Shown: piece after piece, positions 50,124 through 63,074 of the stretch | Layout: every line of letters starts with the position of its first letter | Position numbering within the stretch: the stretch's first letter is position 1 | Source: Octopus sinensis | Lineage: Eukaryota | Reading direction: 5' to 3' | DNA length: 64,000 bases | NCBI RefSeq assembly: GCF_006345805.1 | Contig: NC_042998.1 | Coordinates: forward strand, 183,272,001 to 183,336,000 | Notes under the pieces: model-generated | Seen by the model: the letters and a program-made list of their open reading frames with translations, nothing else | Told to the model about the DNA's origin: nothing | Database searches by the model: none | Program-made: the position numbers and the translations under genes

Positions 50124-50288
50124 AGTGGTTCCCAGCCTTTTCTCTACCAAGGACTCCTTTTATTTAAATGAGTTTTCTCCATGGACCCCAGGATATTGAA
50201 AGGTCTGTCGGCTTAATATGTTCATGGACACCCAGTACTACCTTTGTGGACCACCAGTGGTCCACAGACCACAAGTTGGGAACCACTG
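50124..50288. mobile_element. hAT-like MITE
   Basis: (C)AGTGGTTCCCA.. / ..TGGGAACCACTG ends; 8-bp TSD GTCTACA(A/T). Confidence 0.7.
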
Positions 50289-50462
50289 GTCTACATCTAG
50301 TCTTATCCCGCACAGATAGACAAGCTACATTTGTAGTGCCATCCAAGATGAGATTCACTCAATATTTTTAGATTGTTAGCAATTGTTGGAAACTAAAATA
50401 TTTTCTAACCTTGAAGAGAAAGGACAGTCCTTGAGGTACAGTCTTAGCTATGCTAAGGATAC

Positions 50463-50900
50463 TTTAATAATAATAATAATGAAATTATTGTATACAGTGC
50501 TCAGGTGCACCACGACTTGTCAAAAGTGCGTATAAAAGATATGCAGTAATGTACAAATGTTTGGAAAGTGAACAGATACATGCTTGCGTGTGTATGGAGG
50601 GGAGAAAGTCAGGTGTAGTGTTGACGAATTTCAGGAAGCATGGAAGTTTTGAAGGATGCAGTGCTCCGACAACTAACAGCTGTTGCCGGCAGTTTGTTTC
50701 ATGCTTCAGCAACTCTTAGCGTGAAAAAATGTTTCCGAAAGTCATGGGAATTGTGCTGTTTTCTGACTTTGTAAACATGTCCATGGGTGTTAGACAGGTG
50801 GAGTTTGAAAAGGTGCTCAGAGTTATTGTTAGTAAGATGGTTAATAATTTTATGGGTGTCTGCCAAGTCAGCTGCCAGATGTCAGAGTTTCTGTCAGTTT
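50463..50900 (-). mobile_element. CR1 3' end
   Basis: Reverse complement of 41230-41670. Confidence 0.9.
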
Positions 50901-52382
50901 GTCAAAAATTTCACTGTGTTTCACATAACATCAAATTATTTTGTATTAGTTCTTCAGTCAGGAGAAAGGGGCTGCACCTATAATCTTCAGAGGCTCAAGA
51001 CTGATGATAATGATGAGGGTGATGTTCATCTTGAATAATTGCAAATGGACAACTACAGGAAAAAAAAAAACAACATGTGAATGAGGAATTCTGGAGAGAA
51101 GACACTCCAAGGATAAACGACTGGATATATTAGTTAGTGCTGGGTCTGATGAAATACAGTATGGGTGATAAGTGGAAGAGAGATGAGGGTTTTGGCAGGG
51201 CTTGGATGGAGGTGGAATGCACACAGTTACCTCAGAGGACCAAAGGCCATTGTGGTAGTGACAGAAAAGGTAGAGTGAGAGAGCTGTGCTATAAGAGATT
51301 AAAGTGTATTGGTAAGTGACTCTGTATCTCCTTATCAATCAGCAGGGTGGCTTTCTTTTGGATGTGATAAGGAATGTTTGTGTGTATAGTAGTAGCATTG
51401 TCCCACACCCAAGAACAGTATCCCATAGTGGATTTCTCTTGAGTTTTATTGGGAGTCTACAACTGTTTAGAGCTGAAATAAATTCTGACCCTGCAGAGAA
51501 AGGCTAGTCTTTGGGTTTGTAGTTTTTGCTATATCATAAATGTGGTTGTAGTTTTTGCTATGTCATAAATGTGGTTGTAGTTTTTGCAATGTCATAAATC
51601 CTAGGTCACACAAGCATCTTTGATTGTTATGTGGCCTAGTATTAATTGTGTGACTCAGTATTTATAGTAACTTTGATGGTTTTGACATATGTTGCCTCGA
51701 GGTTCAGGGAAAGAGATACAGATTTCTTTTTTTTATATATATATATAACGATGGTAATTTCCCCGTCTATACCTTGTAAAGTCTCTTGCTTGAAACTGTT
51801 TGATGTCCCTCACACACACACTCTCTCTTACACCTAACTATTCAATGCTTTTAGTATTGAACAATATTGATCCTCAGTTTCAAATTTCTTGTGGTGCACC
51901 TGAGCACTGTATACAATAATTTCATTATTATATTATTATTATCTTTAATTCTGCGTTGAGAATTGTTGCTATATGGTAGCTCTTATTGATATTTAGTCCA
52001 AAATTCCTTTAGAATAATCTCAGGAATAAAATATAAGAAAGAAAGCAGTGGTTATGTATTAATGGATATTCGCCTACAACTTCCTTACTGAGCTTGTTGA
52101 TAACCTCAACACTGATTTTAAAAGTTTCGTACGTGACACGAAAATTAAACTCTTACAGAAAGGTTCTCTCGCTGGCTTGCTGTATCTTTTTGCTTTAATG
52201 TTCTTCCGTAATATATATAAATACGGATAAATAATCTTTATCAACAAGAAATATATACACCGTGTATGAAATTTTTGAAGACGTGCAGTTTCCCACTCGC
52301 CTAAACTAATCAAGGGAGGCAACTTATAATAGGTTATTTTTAGTTAATTTTTAATTAAAGTCGAATACTGTTGAAAACTTAC

Positions 52383-52391
52383 TTTCAGGTT
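52383..52391 (-). other. Candidate 9-nt microexon (AACCTGAAA)
   Basis: tttttattttatag|AACCTGAAA|gtaagt; frame-preserving and stop-free in phases 0 and 1. Confidence 0.3.
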
Positions 52392-53597
52392 CTATAAAAT
52401 AAAAATTTATCCTTTACCTTTTACTTATTTCAGTCACTCGACTGCAGCCATGCTGGAGTATTGTCTTGAAGGCTTTAGTAGAACAAATTGACCCCTATAC
52501 TTATTCCATCGCTTCCTTTTGCCAGATGACTAAATTACAGGAATGTAAACGAACCAAAAGTAGTGGATGGGGAACAAACACAAACATACATATATTATCA
52601 TCATCGTTTAACGTCCGTTTTCCATGCTGACATCGGTTGGACGGTTTGACTGAGGTCTGGAGAGCCAGGCTCCAATCTGAGCTGCCAATGTTCCTAAAGC
52701 TGGATGCCCTTCCTAATGCCAACCACTCAGAGAGTGTAGTGGGTGCTTTTTACATGCCACCAGCACAAAAGCCAGTCAAGCGGGCATCGATCACGTTTAG
52801 ATAGTACTTTTTACGTACCACAGCCACAGGGACCAGTGAGGCAGATTTGTAGTCTTGTAAGCTACATGGTGACCTCACTAGTGCCGGTGGCATAAAAAAA
52901 AAAGCACCAGTAACCACTGTAAAGTTGTTGACGTTAAGAAGGGTAGCCAAAGAAACCATGCCAAAGCAGACCCTGGAGCATGATGCAGACCTTGCATCCA
53001 TTAGATCCTGTCAATCTGTCGAATCTATATCTGCATAGAACATAGGCTTTAAATGATGATGATGATGATATGCACCAGCTCCATGGATCCTGTGATTTGA
53101 AAGAAAATTATCATTTATTGGAAGATAATACATTGACATATAGTGGTAATTGCTCATTCTACATTGTACTCACTCGACACATTTGGTGCATTCAGCATTT
53201 ATTAATACATCATCAAAACCCTTCTCTCTCTCTCTCCTTCTCTCTCACACCCACACACACATAGATATTTGTAGTTGTTGTCAGATTTTGTTCTGGAGAT
53301 AAACTTTTGAAACGTGTCATGGCCATTTGTTACCTTTTCTTGTCAAAACTAACATAGAATATCATGCAGATTTTTGCAAGTCAGCTGTTTATTTCACCTC
53401 CAGATATCTGTTTTGGATTGGCATGTCCTACACTTCTGGGTTCAAATGTAACATAATTGCTCTGAGTCGTTTTTAGTGAAATCATTCCCAAATTATGAGA
53501 TGCTATTTTCTTATAGGCCAAGTATTTCTGAATAACAAATAAGTGAATAATAATATATATTCATTTTTTTGTTTTACCTTCTTAAATAACAGTCGCT

Positions 53598-53720
53598 ACC
53601 CTCCTCCTCCTCCTCCTCCTCCTCATCATCATCATCATCATCATCTCATCATCATCATCATCATCGTCATCTTCCTCCTCCTCCTCCTCATCCTCATCCT
53701 CCTTCTCATCATCAACATTA
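53598..53720. repeat. (CCT)n(CAT)n microsatellite
   Basis: Directly visible; source of spurious poly-D/E/H ORFs. Confidence 0.95.
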
Positions 53721-53954
53721 CTTAATGAACTTTTCATGCTGGCATGTTTTGGACAAATCGCCATAGTCCAAATCATATCTTATTTGGAGTTACTGCCATC
53801 TGAGGTCAATGGTTCTTAAAGTAGGGCAGGGGAGCAGATTTTATATTGGTACTGCAAATAAAAAGGATGGTCAGTGTAACAGATGCATCTATACAGTTAT
53901 TTTTGAGTTTGTTTCTTGAAAAATGTGAATAAGTAAATAAAGAAAAAAATTATA

Positions 53955-54301
53955 TATAGCAGCCAACTGGCTTCTGTACCCGTGACACGTAAAAGGGCAC
54001 CATTCGAGCGTGATCGTTACCAACGTTGCTTCACTGGCACCTGTGCTGGTGGCATGTGTAAAAAGATTCAAGCGAGGTCATTGCCAGTGCTGCCTGACTG
54101 TCCCCCGAACCGGTGGCACGTACAAAGCTCCCACTACACTCTCGGAGTGGTTGGCATTAGGAAGGGCATCCAGCTGTAGAAACTCTGCCAGATCAAGATT
54201 GGAGCCTGGTGCAGCCATTTGTTTGTCAGCCCTCAGTCAAAATCGTCCAACCCATGCTAGCATGGAAAGCGGACGTTAAACGATGATGATGATGATGATG
54301 A
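53955..54301 (+). mobile_element. SINE family A
   Basis: Units, core and (GAT)n tail. Confidence 0.9.
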
Positions 54302-54859
54302 TATATATATATACATATATATATATTTATATATATATATATATATATATATACCACATTGGGCCTCATGGAGGCGATGACAAGTGACTGAGACCTTTGG
54401 TGATATGCTGTACTTGAGAAGATTCATCAAGCCCAATGAAATCATAGATGTGGCAGATGCTGGTGTCAAGTTACTGGCACCCATGCCAGTGGCACATAAA
54501 CACACCTGTGCTGGTGGTACATAAAAGGCACTCGTTACACTCATGGAGTGGTTGGCATTATGAAGGGCCTCCAGCTGCAGAAACCATGCCAAATCAGTCT
54601 GGAACTTGGTACAGCTTTCCAGCTTACCAGTTGCAGTCAAACCGTCTAACCCATGCCAGCATGGAAAACAGATGCTAAAAAGATGATGATGATGACCACA
54701 GTGAATGTAAATTATAAACAATTGACTAAAGTATAATTCAAAAGGTAATTTCGAAATTTGTGGATATGTTCATACATGTGATGAAGATGACCACTACATC
54801 TGTAACATTAGGTAGAATTCTGACTTGTATGTGTATGTATATATGCACATCTACATGTC

Positions 54860-55131
54860 GCCTTACTGGCACCTGTGCCGGTGACATGTATAAAATGTTT
54901 CGAGCGAGGTCATTGCCAGTACCGCCAGACTGGCCCCCGTGCTGGTGGCACGTAAAACGCACCCACTACACTCTCGAAATGGTTGGCGTTAAGAATGGCA
55001 TCCAGCTGTAGAAATTCTGCCAGATCAAGATTGGAGCCTGGTGCAGCCATCTGGTTCGCCAGCCCTCAGTCAAAATCGTCCAACCCATGCTAGCATGGAA
55101 AGCGGACATTAAACGATGATGATGATGATGA
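54860..55131 (+). mobile_element. SINE family A
   Basis: Units, core and (GAT)n tail. Confidence 0.9.
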
Positions 55132-55557
55132 CATGCTTGGACATTCTCAATTCTAGCTGTAAGTATCATCTCTTAATCTCATAATCTACCTACTGATATA
55201 AGTTGGCATGTGTAAACTTGCACACAGACTGAAAAATCAATATACATGTGTATGTGAATATATATAAAACACACTATAAATTGAATATAATGATAAATTC
55301 CAATTGCTAGTTATTGGAGTATATATGAAGCACTAAGAATTCATTACCTGAGTTTAACCAAAGTCATATTAAAGGTTGGATCAGTAACTTAAATCAAACA
55401 GTTGTACTTCAAATATTCATTTATAGTAGAGTGGTGCTGTGGCAAGTAATCATTGCCTCAAATTAGTTCTCTGAATTAAATTACTTTAACCAGATATTAC
55501 ATGTATGTGCATTAACGATGCAGGTCACTGAATTGCAGCAAGAGCATGCTGAAAACG

Positions 55558-55766
55558 TGGGCGATCTTACAGTACAAGTACCATAACTGTCAGGTGTGTT
55601 TGTTTTACATATGGGGGGTTAGGGTTAGGGTTAGGATTTGTGTTAGGGTTAGGTTAGGGTTAGAGTTAGGGGTGGGAGAAAAGGGTTTCTTTTTTCTTTA
55701 GAAATGTAAACAAACCCATGTGGGTTTATAATTGGCAGTTATGGTACTTGTACCATAAGATCACCA
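55558..55766. mobile_element. MITE carrying (TTAGGG)n
   Basis: About 30-bp TIR ggcgatcttacagtacaagtaccataactg / cagttatggtacttgtaccataagatcacc; internal degenerate TTAGGG array at about 55617-55672. Confidence 0.85.
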
Positions 55767-56683
55767 AAAAGTGTTAGTGAAAAAAACAGACAATAGTTAA
55801 AAAAAGTTTGAGAAGCACTGTCTTAGATGGACTGTAAACCAGACCTTGCTCATACATTTAAATTATAATGAGATTTTTATGGCAAGATGCCCTTCCTATT
55901 ACCAGCCACTTTATGGAGTATCTTTTATCAAGGCACCAGCACCAGAGAAGTTAAGTTCTTGACAAAACTAAAAACTCCTCTTGACTCTGCATTATTTCTA
56001 CTCATTTGCTAACCACTTTACTGAATGTTCCAGATACATTTTATCAAGGTGCTAACACTAGAGTAGTTGCCTTGCAACCACAAGACTAAACAACCCTCAC
56101 TACTTGGTTGGCTTTGTTCTCTTAAGTCAGATATAACTGAAAGGGTGAAGAGAGGACAGAGCAATTTATAGATTAAAAATAGAGAAGGTAAAACAAAAAA
56201 GCGTGATAGGAGAAACAGAGTAGTAAGAGAATAGTATGGATGGTATTCGTGGAAGAGAGACAGTGATATGCTATATGGGGGTTGTTGGTAAGGAGATTGA
56301 ATAGAAGTAGAGTATGAACAATGAGAGTTAGGGAGACAAGATAATGGAAGAAAGAGAACTGAAAGTGAAAGAGAGTGTTGTGTGTCAACAATGACTGATG
56401 CAGGAGAGAGTAAAGTGAATGAGAGAAACAGAGAGTGATTGAAAGCAACAAAGATGATAGTAAAAGAGAGTTGGTGATTGTAATAGGGATGGTAAATGCT
56501 AAGAGAGAAAGAGCATGATGGATGTCACTAGTGAGTAACACGAAGGGGATAGATAACTGCACTGATGGGTGTAGCAGATATTGAATATAGGCCAATCTGA
56601 TGCAATCTTTCATTATAGACATCATACTGGGAGAGAGGTAGATTGATAACATTGATGGTTTGGAGTGGCATTGAATATGACCA

Positions 56684-57085
56684 GACGCAGGAGTGGCTGT
56701 GTGGAAAGTAGCATGCTTATCAACCATATGGTTCCGGGTTCAGTCCTACTGCGTGGCACCTTGGGCAAAGTGTCTTCTACTATAGCCTCGGGCCGACCAA
56801 AGCCTTGTGAGTGGATTTGGTAGACGGAAACTGAAAGAATCCCGTCGTATATATATATATATGTATGTGTGTGCGTGTATGTTTGTGTATCTGTGTTTGT
56901 TCCCCTAGCATTGCTTGACAATCGATGCTGGTGTGTTTATGTCAACCGTCACTTAGCGGATCGGCAAAAGAGACCGATAGAATAAGTACTGGGCTTACAA
57001 AGAATAAGTTCCGGGGTTGAGTTGCTCGATTAAAGGTGGTGCTCCAGCATGGCCGTAGTCAAATGACTGAAACAAGTAAAAGAGT
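56684..57085 (+). mobile_element. SINE family B, full length
   Basis: Colinear with 14736-15112. Confidence 0.9.
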
Positions 57086-57767
57086 AGATGCAATGCCTTC
57101 ATCCATAGCATTAATCAATCTAATTTAAATATTTACATTTGCACAGTTTTCTCCCTTGCCCACAACACCCACTTTATCGTTAATAGATCATCAAAGTTAA
57201 CTGAAACAATACTTAGTCATTTGATTTGCCTGTCATACATTTTGGTACGTATATTATCTATCTGTCCTAGAACAGTGGATTGCAGAATCACTGGAACATC
57301 AGACAAGATGCCAAGCAGTATTTTGTTATGTCTATTTACTTCCAAATTCATATCCTGCTAAGATCGACTTTGCTTTCATTCTTCCATGGTTTGTCAAATA
57401 AATAAAAGTCAAGAAGTGACCTCAATGTAATTGAATGTTCCCTGTCCTCAAATTTCAGGCAATCTGCCTTGAATGAAATTATCCTTCATAAAGAAAATTA
57501 TTTGGTTGCCAATAGAAACAATTGATCTTGAAAATTCTTTCTTATATTCCACATTGTAGATAATGATATAACTTGATTCACTTAGATAACATGAGACAGC
57601 AATAAAACACTTCTACTTTGTTACTTGATCTGCTCCATACAGCAGCTAAACCCTTCTAAATAAACTTCTTACCCACTTCAAACATGAGATATATGATTTC
57701 AGTTTGAAATCCCAGGACAATTTACTCCCCAATGAAATTAAAACAATGGCTAAAAGCACCTACTCAC

Positions 57768-57833
57768 TACTTTGCTCAGTTGGCTCAACCTCTTTTGCCA
57801 TGAGTCAGCACAAACAGAGGTTCCAAGGGTTAT
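57768..57833 (-). CDS. Candidate 66-nt exon (ITLGTSVCADSWQKRLSQLSKV)
   Basis: gtattag| acceptor, |gtgagt donor, open in phase 0 to 0; no homology recognised. Confidence 0.4.
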
Positions 57834-58739
57834 CTAATACCACATCAAAAACAATTAATAAACTTTAACTATTACTTGCAATGAAATGATAAGAACACAG
57901 CATGCATATAATCTATGTTACACCAGTTATTGCTGTTTAGGTCAAAGTCAGCTCTGATCAAAGACATTCCAAACATAGCCATCCCATCTATTGTTAATTT
58001 TAAGCATACTATAGCTAGAACTAGAGTATCCATTGTGCTTTCCTTCTCTTTTTTTAAAGATATTCAAATATGATAAGAGAGAGATTAAGCTGCTCTTTCT
58101 ATTAGGTTGAGTGACCACATAGAGGCTTCCTCATTGGTTTGTGTTACACCTGTGTATTTTTTTTTGTGAATCCCATTAATTAAATTGTTTAGATATTGCT
58201 GACTTTAACTTATCACAGTTAATTATACATTAAGTATTTTGCTTTGTTTTTTTTTTGTTTATTTGTTTTTGTTTTGTTATTTGTAAAAAAAAATTATTGT
58301 TTAACTGCTAATCCGAACTAAGGAGCATTTAATTAATAATACTGCAGTTACTTCCCAGTTTCCTACATGCAACTAAGCAGTGTGTTATCGTACCATTCTA
58401 TTGTCTACTGACCTTCCTAAAGTAGTACGTGTGCACTCATGACTGCAGCAATACCAACAAAGTAAACAATAACTTACTACTAGGTAATTTTACTGTTATA
58501 CCTGTCGCTTAACATCCTGTAATTCACTCATTTCATTATTCTTTTGTACTTTTATTTCTAATGTTAATTCTAAAGTAAATAGTATTATAAATGTTTAAAA
58601 GAAAAAAATATCAAGAAAATGAAATATTTTTTTTAATAATTTAAAATTATCTATTTAAAATTTTATTAAGCTTATTTTTAATTCTTGTATTATATCAATG
58701 TTTATTTGTTGTATTTTGTGTTGTTGTTTATTTTTTCAG

Positions 58740-58897
58740 AGAACATGTCATCAGATATGGTCAACAAATTACCCATGCTTTGCAGTCTTTTAAAGTCTAC
58801 TACAGTTCTTAAATTTAAGGACAACATAGAAGCAAATGAAAGAATTGTTAAAGAAGACATCACTAAATTTGATATTTTATGTAAAGATAAAGAAAAG
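58740..58897 (+). CDS. Candidate coding exon (NMSSDMVNKLPMLCSLLKSTTVLKFKDNIEANERIVKEDITKFDILCKDKEK)
   Basis: ttattttttcag| acceptor, AAG|gtaggt donor, 158 nt stop-free in very AT-rich DNA; gene context unresolved. Confidence 0.5.
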
Positions 58898-61187
58898 GTA
58901 GGTTAGAGTAACTTTATAGAGGTCTACAGTAGCTTACAGTACATGTTGTAAGTTGTACTTTCAACTCCTAACTCAACCTGCAATAAATATTTAAGATCTA
59001 GCTAAGAAGACTTTTATTCATTATACAAACCAACATACTTGACATGAATCTACATATTTTAAGTGTTAAGACAATCCTGAAACTTTGTCTTTAATTGTTA
59101 AAATAATTTCTGAAATTTGGATGGCAGCCAACCAATGAAACCATATGTGTATAATGTATGCTGAAATAGGTTTTATGGAGAATTTGAACTAGCAACTGCA
59201 ACCCAATGGCTGAGAAAAAAGGTCAAGGATTTTCTACCACTTGACCTATAAACAATACTGATTCTATTGCCAAGGAAGATGATAAATTTCTTGAAAAATT
59301 GCCTTTAGCTTCTACACATTATTTCTCTCAGCCTGTTCTGTCAGTGATTCTTCTGTTTAAACATCAAACTTATCTGTTTCCCAATGTCTCCTAAACTAAA
59401 CATTTTTCCTAATTCTTTCTCTACAGGACAGTATCCTTCTTGAACTCAATTTCTCCTTTAATTTTTTTCTCAAATATAAACCAATGGCAATACAATGTAA
59501 ATACTAATTGACCTTCACTAGACTTTTGACTTAATTCAGTTGTTGAGGCATACAATTCACTGAACCAATGCCAGAATATCACTGATATCAGTTTCGCCTA
59601 CTATTGAGGGAGCCTCTATGTTGTCACTTGAACTGCAAGAAATAGCAACCAAATCTCCATCAGACCACACCCTACCATCTCAAAAATGGGCACTTTGGAT
59701 AATGTCATCCAAGAAAAACTATATCTTTAAGATTTCAGCTGTGTATAGTGAGAAACCAAAGTAGAAAGAGTGAAGCAGCCAAGTGACGTTAACTATTCTT
59801 ATGTGATTGAGTGTAAATTTGGTTTTAACATGACTATCGTGTCACTGCATTCTAATAAAGATATTTAACTTCTAATGGTGTAGTCCATGTAACTATAAAT
59901 AGGTATCATGGAAAGGTATTGTAGGAAATTGTATAAGTGCAAGTGTGGCTACATGCAGCTGTGGCAGTGTGTAGGTGTGGTTATGCAGTCGAGAAACCTG
60001 CTTCCCAACCACTTGCATGGTACCTTGGGCAAGTGTCCTCTACTATAACTCCAGGCCAACCACAGCCTTATAAATAAATTTGGTAGACAGAGACTGTATG
60101 TGTGTGTGTGTCTTCCACTACCTCTTGACAACTGGTATTGGTTTGTTTATGTCCCCATAAATTAATAATTCAACAAAAGAAGCCAATTGAATAAGTACTG
60201 TGGGGTTGATTTATACAACTAAATCCTTCAAGACAGTCTCCATCATGGCTGCAGTCCAATGATTGAAACAAGTAAAAGAAAAAAACCTATGAAGATCATA
60301 AGCTACACGATTTTACTTGCGAGTCTATTAATTGGCAGTGTATTTCTATATCTTTTTGTATGTCCTTCCTCTAAAGGGAAATAACTCTGCTCTTACTGGA
60401 TTTACTTTCCTTGATTACGAACTAGAAAAATACACATCTGTAATTACTTGATAGTTAAATACTATTATTGTTATTGATAGCATATAAACGAAAGAGAAAT
60501 TAGTTTTGATGTATTCATTTCATTATTGGAAAACGGTTCAATCATAAATATTGTATTTATGTAACATTACCCGATATTAGACAAAAGTAACAAAGTATAT
60601 TCCCAATATTAGCCGTCATACGGTTTATTTAATATTAAAATCTTTTGAGTTCGATCCCCAGTTAAGGATATTTTTAATTCACGCATAAAACGCTCTAGGG
60701 AAAGACATAACTATAAATATTATTTTTTTGTCACTGATAAATCTTGATGCCTTAAACTTATGTAAGAATTACATGGGTAAGTTTAGAAAGTCACTTTTCT
60801 GCTGCTAATTTAGATAAAGAAGGGCCGAGATAGAGGTATTTAAGTATTTCACGTTGTAGGCAATTCTCCAACAATAAGAACTAAGACTAGCATAATCACT
60901 TGTTTCTAAAGATAAATCCTGACAGACACAACTTAGTATTTTTATCAGGTGCAAAAATAAAACCAACAAATAAGATGACGCCAACAAGTCGGTAAAAGAA
61001 AAAAAAAAGTTGGTGAGTTGTGAGGAAAGATAAACTACCGTTTCGAGCGAGGCCCTTTGTAAGTTAATACTCAAAATCCAACTCGGAAACGTAGCTTCAC
61101 AGTTTCTTTTCGTGCAACTTTTATTTACTTATTTACTATCTATTTTTACTTCAAGACTTAGCCCTAGTCATATTTTATTTTTATGAT

Positions 61188-61368
61188 GATATGTATGTAT
61201 GCATGCATGTATGTATGTATGTATGTATGTATGTATGTATGTATGTATGTATGTATGTATGTATGTATGTATGTATGTATGTATGTATGTATGTATGTAT
61301 GTATGTATGTATGTATGTATGTATGTATGTATGTATGTATGTATGTATGCATGCATGCATGCATGCAT

Positions 61369-61403
<35 letters not shown>

Positions 61404-61640
61404 CGTACGTACGTATGTATGTATGTATGCATGTATGTATGTATGTATGTGTGTGTGTATGTATGTATGTATGCATTATGTATGTGTGTATGTGTATGTA
61501 TGTATGTATGTATGCATGTATGTATGCATGTGTGTATGTGTATGTATGTATGTATGTATGCATGCATGCACGTAAGTACGTACGTATGCATGTATGTATA
61601 TATGTATTGTGTGTATGTATGTATTATGTGTGTGTGTGTG
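61188..61640. repeat. Compound tetranucleotide microsatellite (GTAT/GCAT/GCAC/GTAC)
   Basis: Directly visible; explains all ORFs at 61164-61705. Confidence 0.97.
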
Positions 61641-61988
61641 TGCTCGATTTTATATATATATTCGATTTAAAAAAATTTTTTTTTCATAAGTCGAATCTCA
61701 AATAAATTACTTCTTATATCTTTCCTGAAATTACGGCAGTCACAGCAGAGTTACGTAATTGAATCTTTCGGAAAGTATGAAAGTCAATACCTTTTTCTTT
61801 TAAATCTCAGATGTTGCACCTATGTAAAAAAAAAAAAAAAGATCCAATCAATATTCAATCTGTATCTATTTGTTTGGTTTGTAATATTTTCTTTTCTACT
61901 TTCGTTAATTTACTCAACACTGACTGCTTGTATGCGTGTATATGTATGTATGTGTGTGCTTGCGTGCGTGCGTGTGTGTATGTGTGCA

Positions 61989-62035
<47 letters not shown>

Positions 62036-62675
62036 ATGTGTCTATGTTTGTGTATATGTGTGCGTGCGTGTGTATGTGTTTCATCTCCGCCCCTTCTTTT
62101 AGACTGACAGAAATGGATATGAATTCCTTTGCTATGAGATCCAGTTTAACAGTGCCATTATAGTTTGCAAAGAAGAACCACCTTGAGTTCTAAAGGAGTA
62201 TAATAACAACATAACAGAATAAGTAAAAAGAATGGTGAAAATAGGTAAAACAAATAAATTGTGTGTAAGATAAAAAAGAATAAAAAGTGAATAAGAGAAA
62301 AGAAAAGAAAAAGAAACTTGTCGGATCACTTTTATTTGACGTAACGCAACTTCGAAATATTCAGCTCGCCCTAGCAAGTTAGTCAGCTGTTAGGACTATG
62401 CAAAGCTGATGCTGAACGGGTTGTGAGATAACTTGGCGAACTAACTGCAACATTTTATGTATCAGATGACCCAGTGAATCTTGTGTAGTATACAATTCAT
62501 CAGCTGTGCCCTTGTACTGGAAACGAAACAAGCTTAACGAGCGAGCAAACAAACAAATCACTATGTAAATGGGTTAAATGAGTACCAGGGAATATATTTT
62601 TTTTGTTTCTTTTTTCTTTTTCTTTTTTTTTGTGTCATAGAAGAGTAACAAAACATATACACATCTCTCTCTTTC

Positions 62676-62734
<59 letters not shown>

Positions 62735-62938
62735 GTGTGTGTGTATATGAATATATATATAAATATATATATTTGTGTGTATTTCATATATTTATATATA
62801 TATATTCTGTAGTTTTTTCACTCTTTACTATTTTCTAGGCCACTGGCTTTAATTGATTAATATCAATTTGTACCCTTATTTAATTATATATATATATATA
62901 TATATAGCATATTTTTTTTTAAATCCGAAGATTAAAAA

Positions 62939-63037
62939 ATTTACATACAAAATTAGTGTCATTAGTGGTCATTCCTCTAAATTTTATATATACATATAAT
63001 TTAGAGGAATGACCACTAATGACACTAATTTTGTATG

Positions 63038-63042
<5 letters not shown>
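62939..63042. repeat. Perfect 45-bp-arm hairpin with 14-nt loop
   Basis: 62939-62983 is the exact reverse complement of 62998-63042. Confidence 0.97.

Positions 63043-63074
<32 letters not shown>

Noticed and set aside
55617-55672. Interstitial telomere or chromosome fusion site
   Set aside because: Short, degenerate, and enclosed by MITE TIRs.
56173-56727. 184-aa hydrophobic ORF
   Set aside because: L/S/H-biased reading of CT-rich degenerate sequence, probably LINE debris; no splice or domain support.
59431-59440. GTATCCTTC as a second U12 donor
   Set aside because: It would leave a 4-nt exon, and no in-frame U12 acceptor was found downstream.
61164-61705. Six ORFs of 78-168 aa (poly-MYVC/HTYI)
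   Set aside because: Translations of the tetranucleotide microsatellite.
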